A stretch of DNA of 6,010 nucleotides from positions 1 through 6,010 of the forward strand of contig NW_021829711.1 in the NCBI RefSeq assembly GCF_006345805.1, written 5' to 3'. This stretch comes from Octopus sinensis (taxonomy: Eukaryota). The translations under genes and the position numbers were made by a program. This document shows positions 5,931 through 6,010 of this stretch, in pieces. Each line of letters begins with the position of its first letter. The first letter of the stretch is position 1. The notes below the pieces were generated by a model, which worked only from the letters and a program-made list of their open reading frames with translations, was not told the origin of the DNA and made no database searches.

Positions 5931-6010
5931 ATAAGACTAAAAACCGACCAGACTCTCTCCCCTTGTTTCCCCGGTTTTATTTTTCCTTCTGGCAAGGAAG
6001 ATTCCACTGA

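Overview
AT-rich, microsatellite-dense eukaryotic non-coding DNA made almost entirely of transposon debris. The SINE sequences and repeat density look like a cephalopod (Octopus-type) genome; this is recognition from memory, not a database result. I found no intact gene, tRNA, rRNA or CRISPR array, and most long ORFs in the track are microsatellite artefacts. Left to right: (1) an internally deleted Tc1/mariner-type transposase remnant on the - strand (1-200), in a frame the ORF track does not list; (2) a head-to-tail dimer of a tRNA-derived SINE ('family A', ~184-bp unit); (3) large microsatellite blocks; (4) a - strand segment with 2.5 atypical C2H2 zinc fingers, probably a LINE ORF2 C-terminus; (5) from ~3760 to ~5930, a decayed non-LTR (RTE-like) reverse-transcriptase domain on the - strand, split by four SINE insertions, one of which was itself hit twice. 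Target-site duplications allow the RT to be reassembled. The most interesting signals are the nested insertion cluster, a SINE dimer enclosed by one TSD, and a GGTA(TT) microhomology linking the SINE 3' end to its own interior and to its targets.
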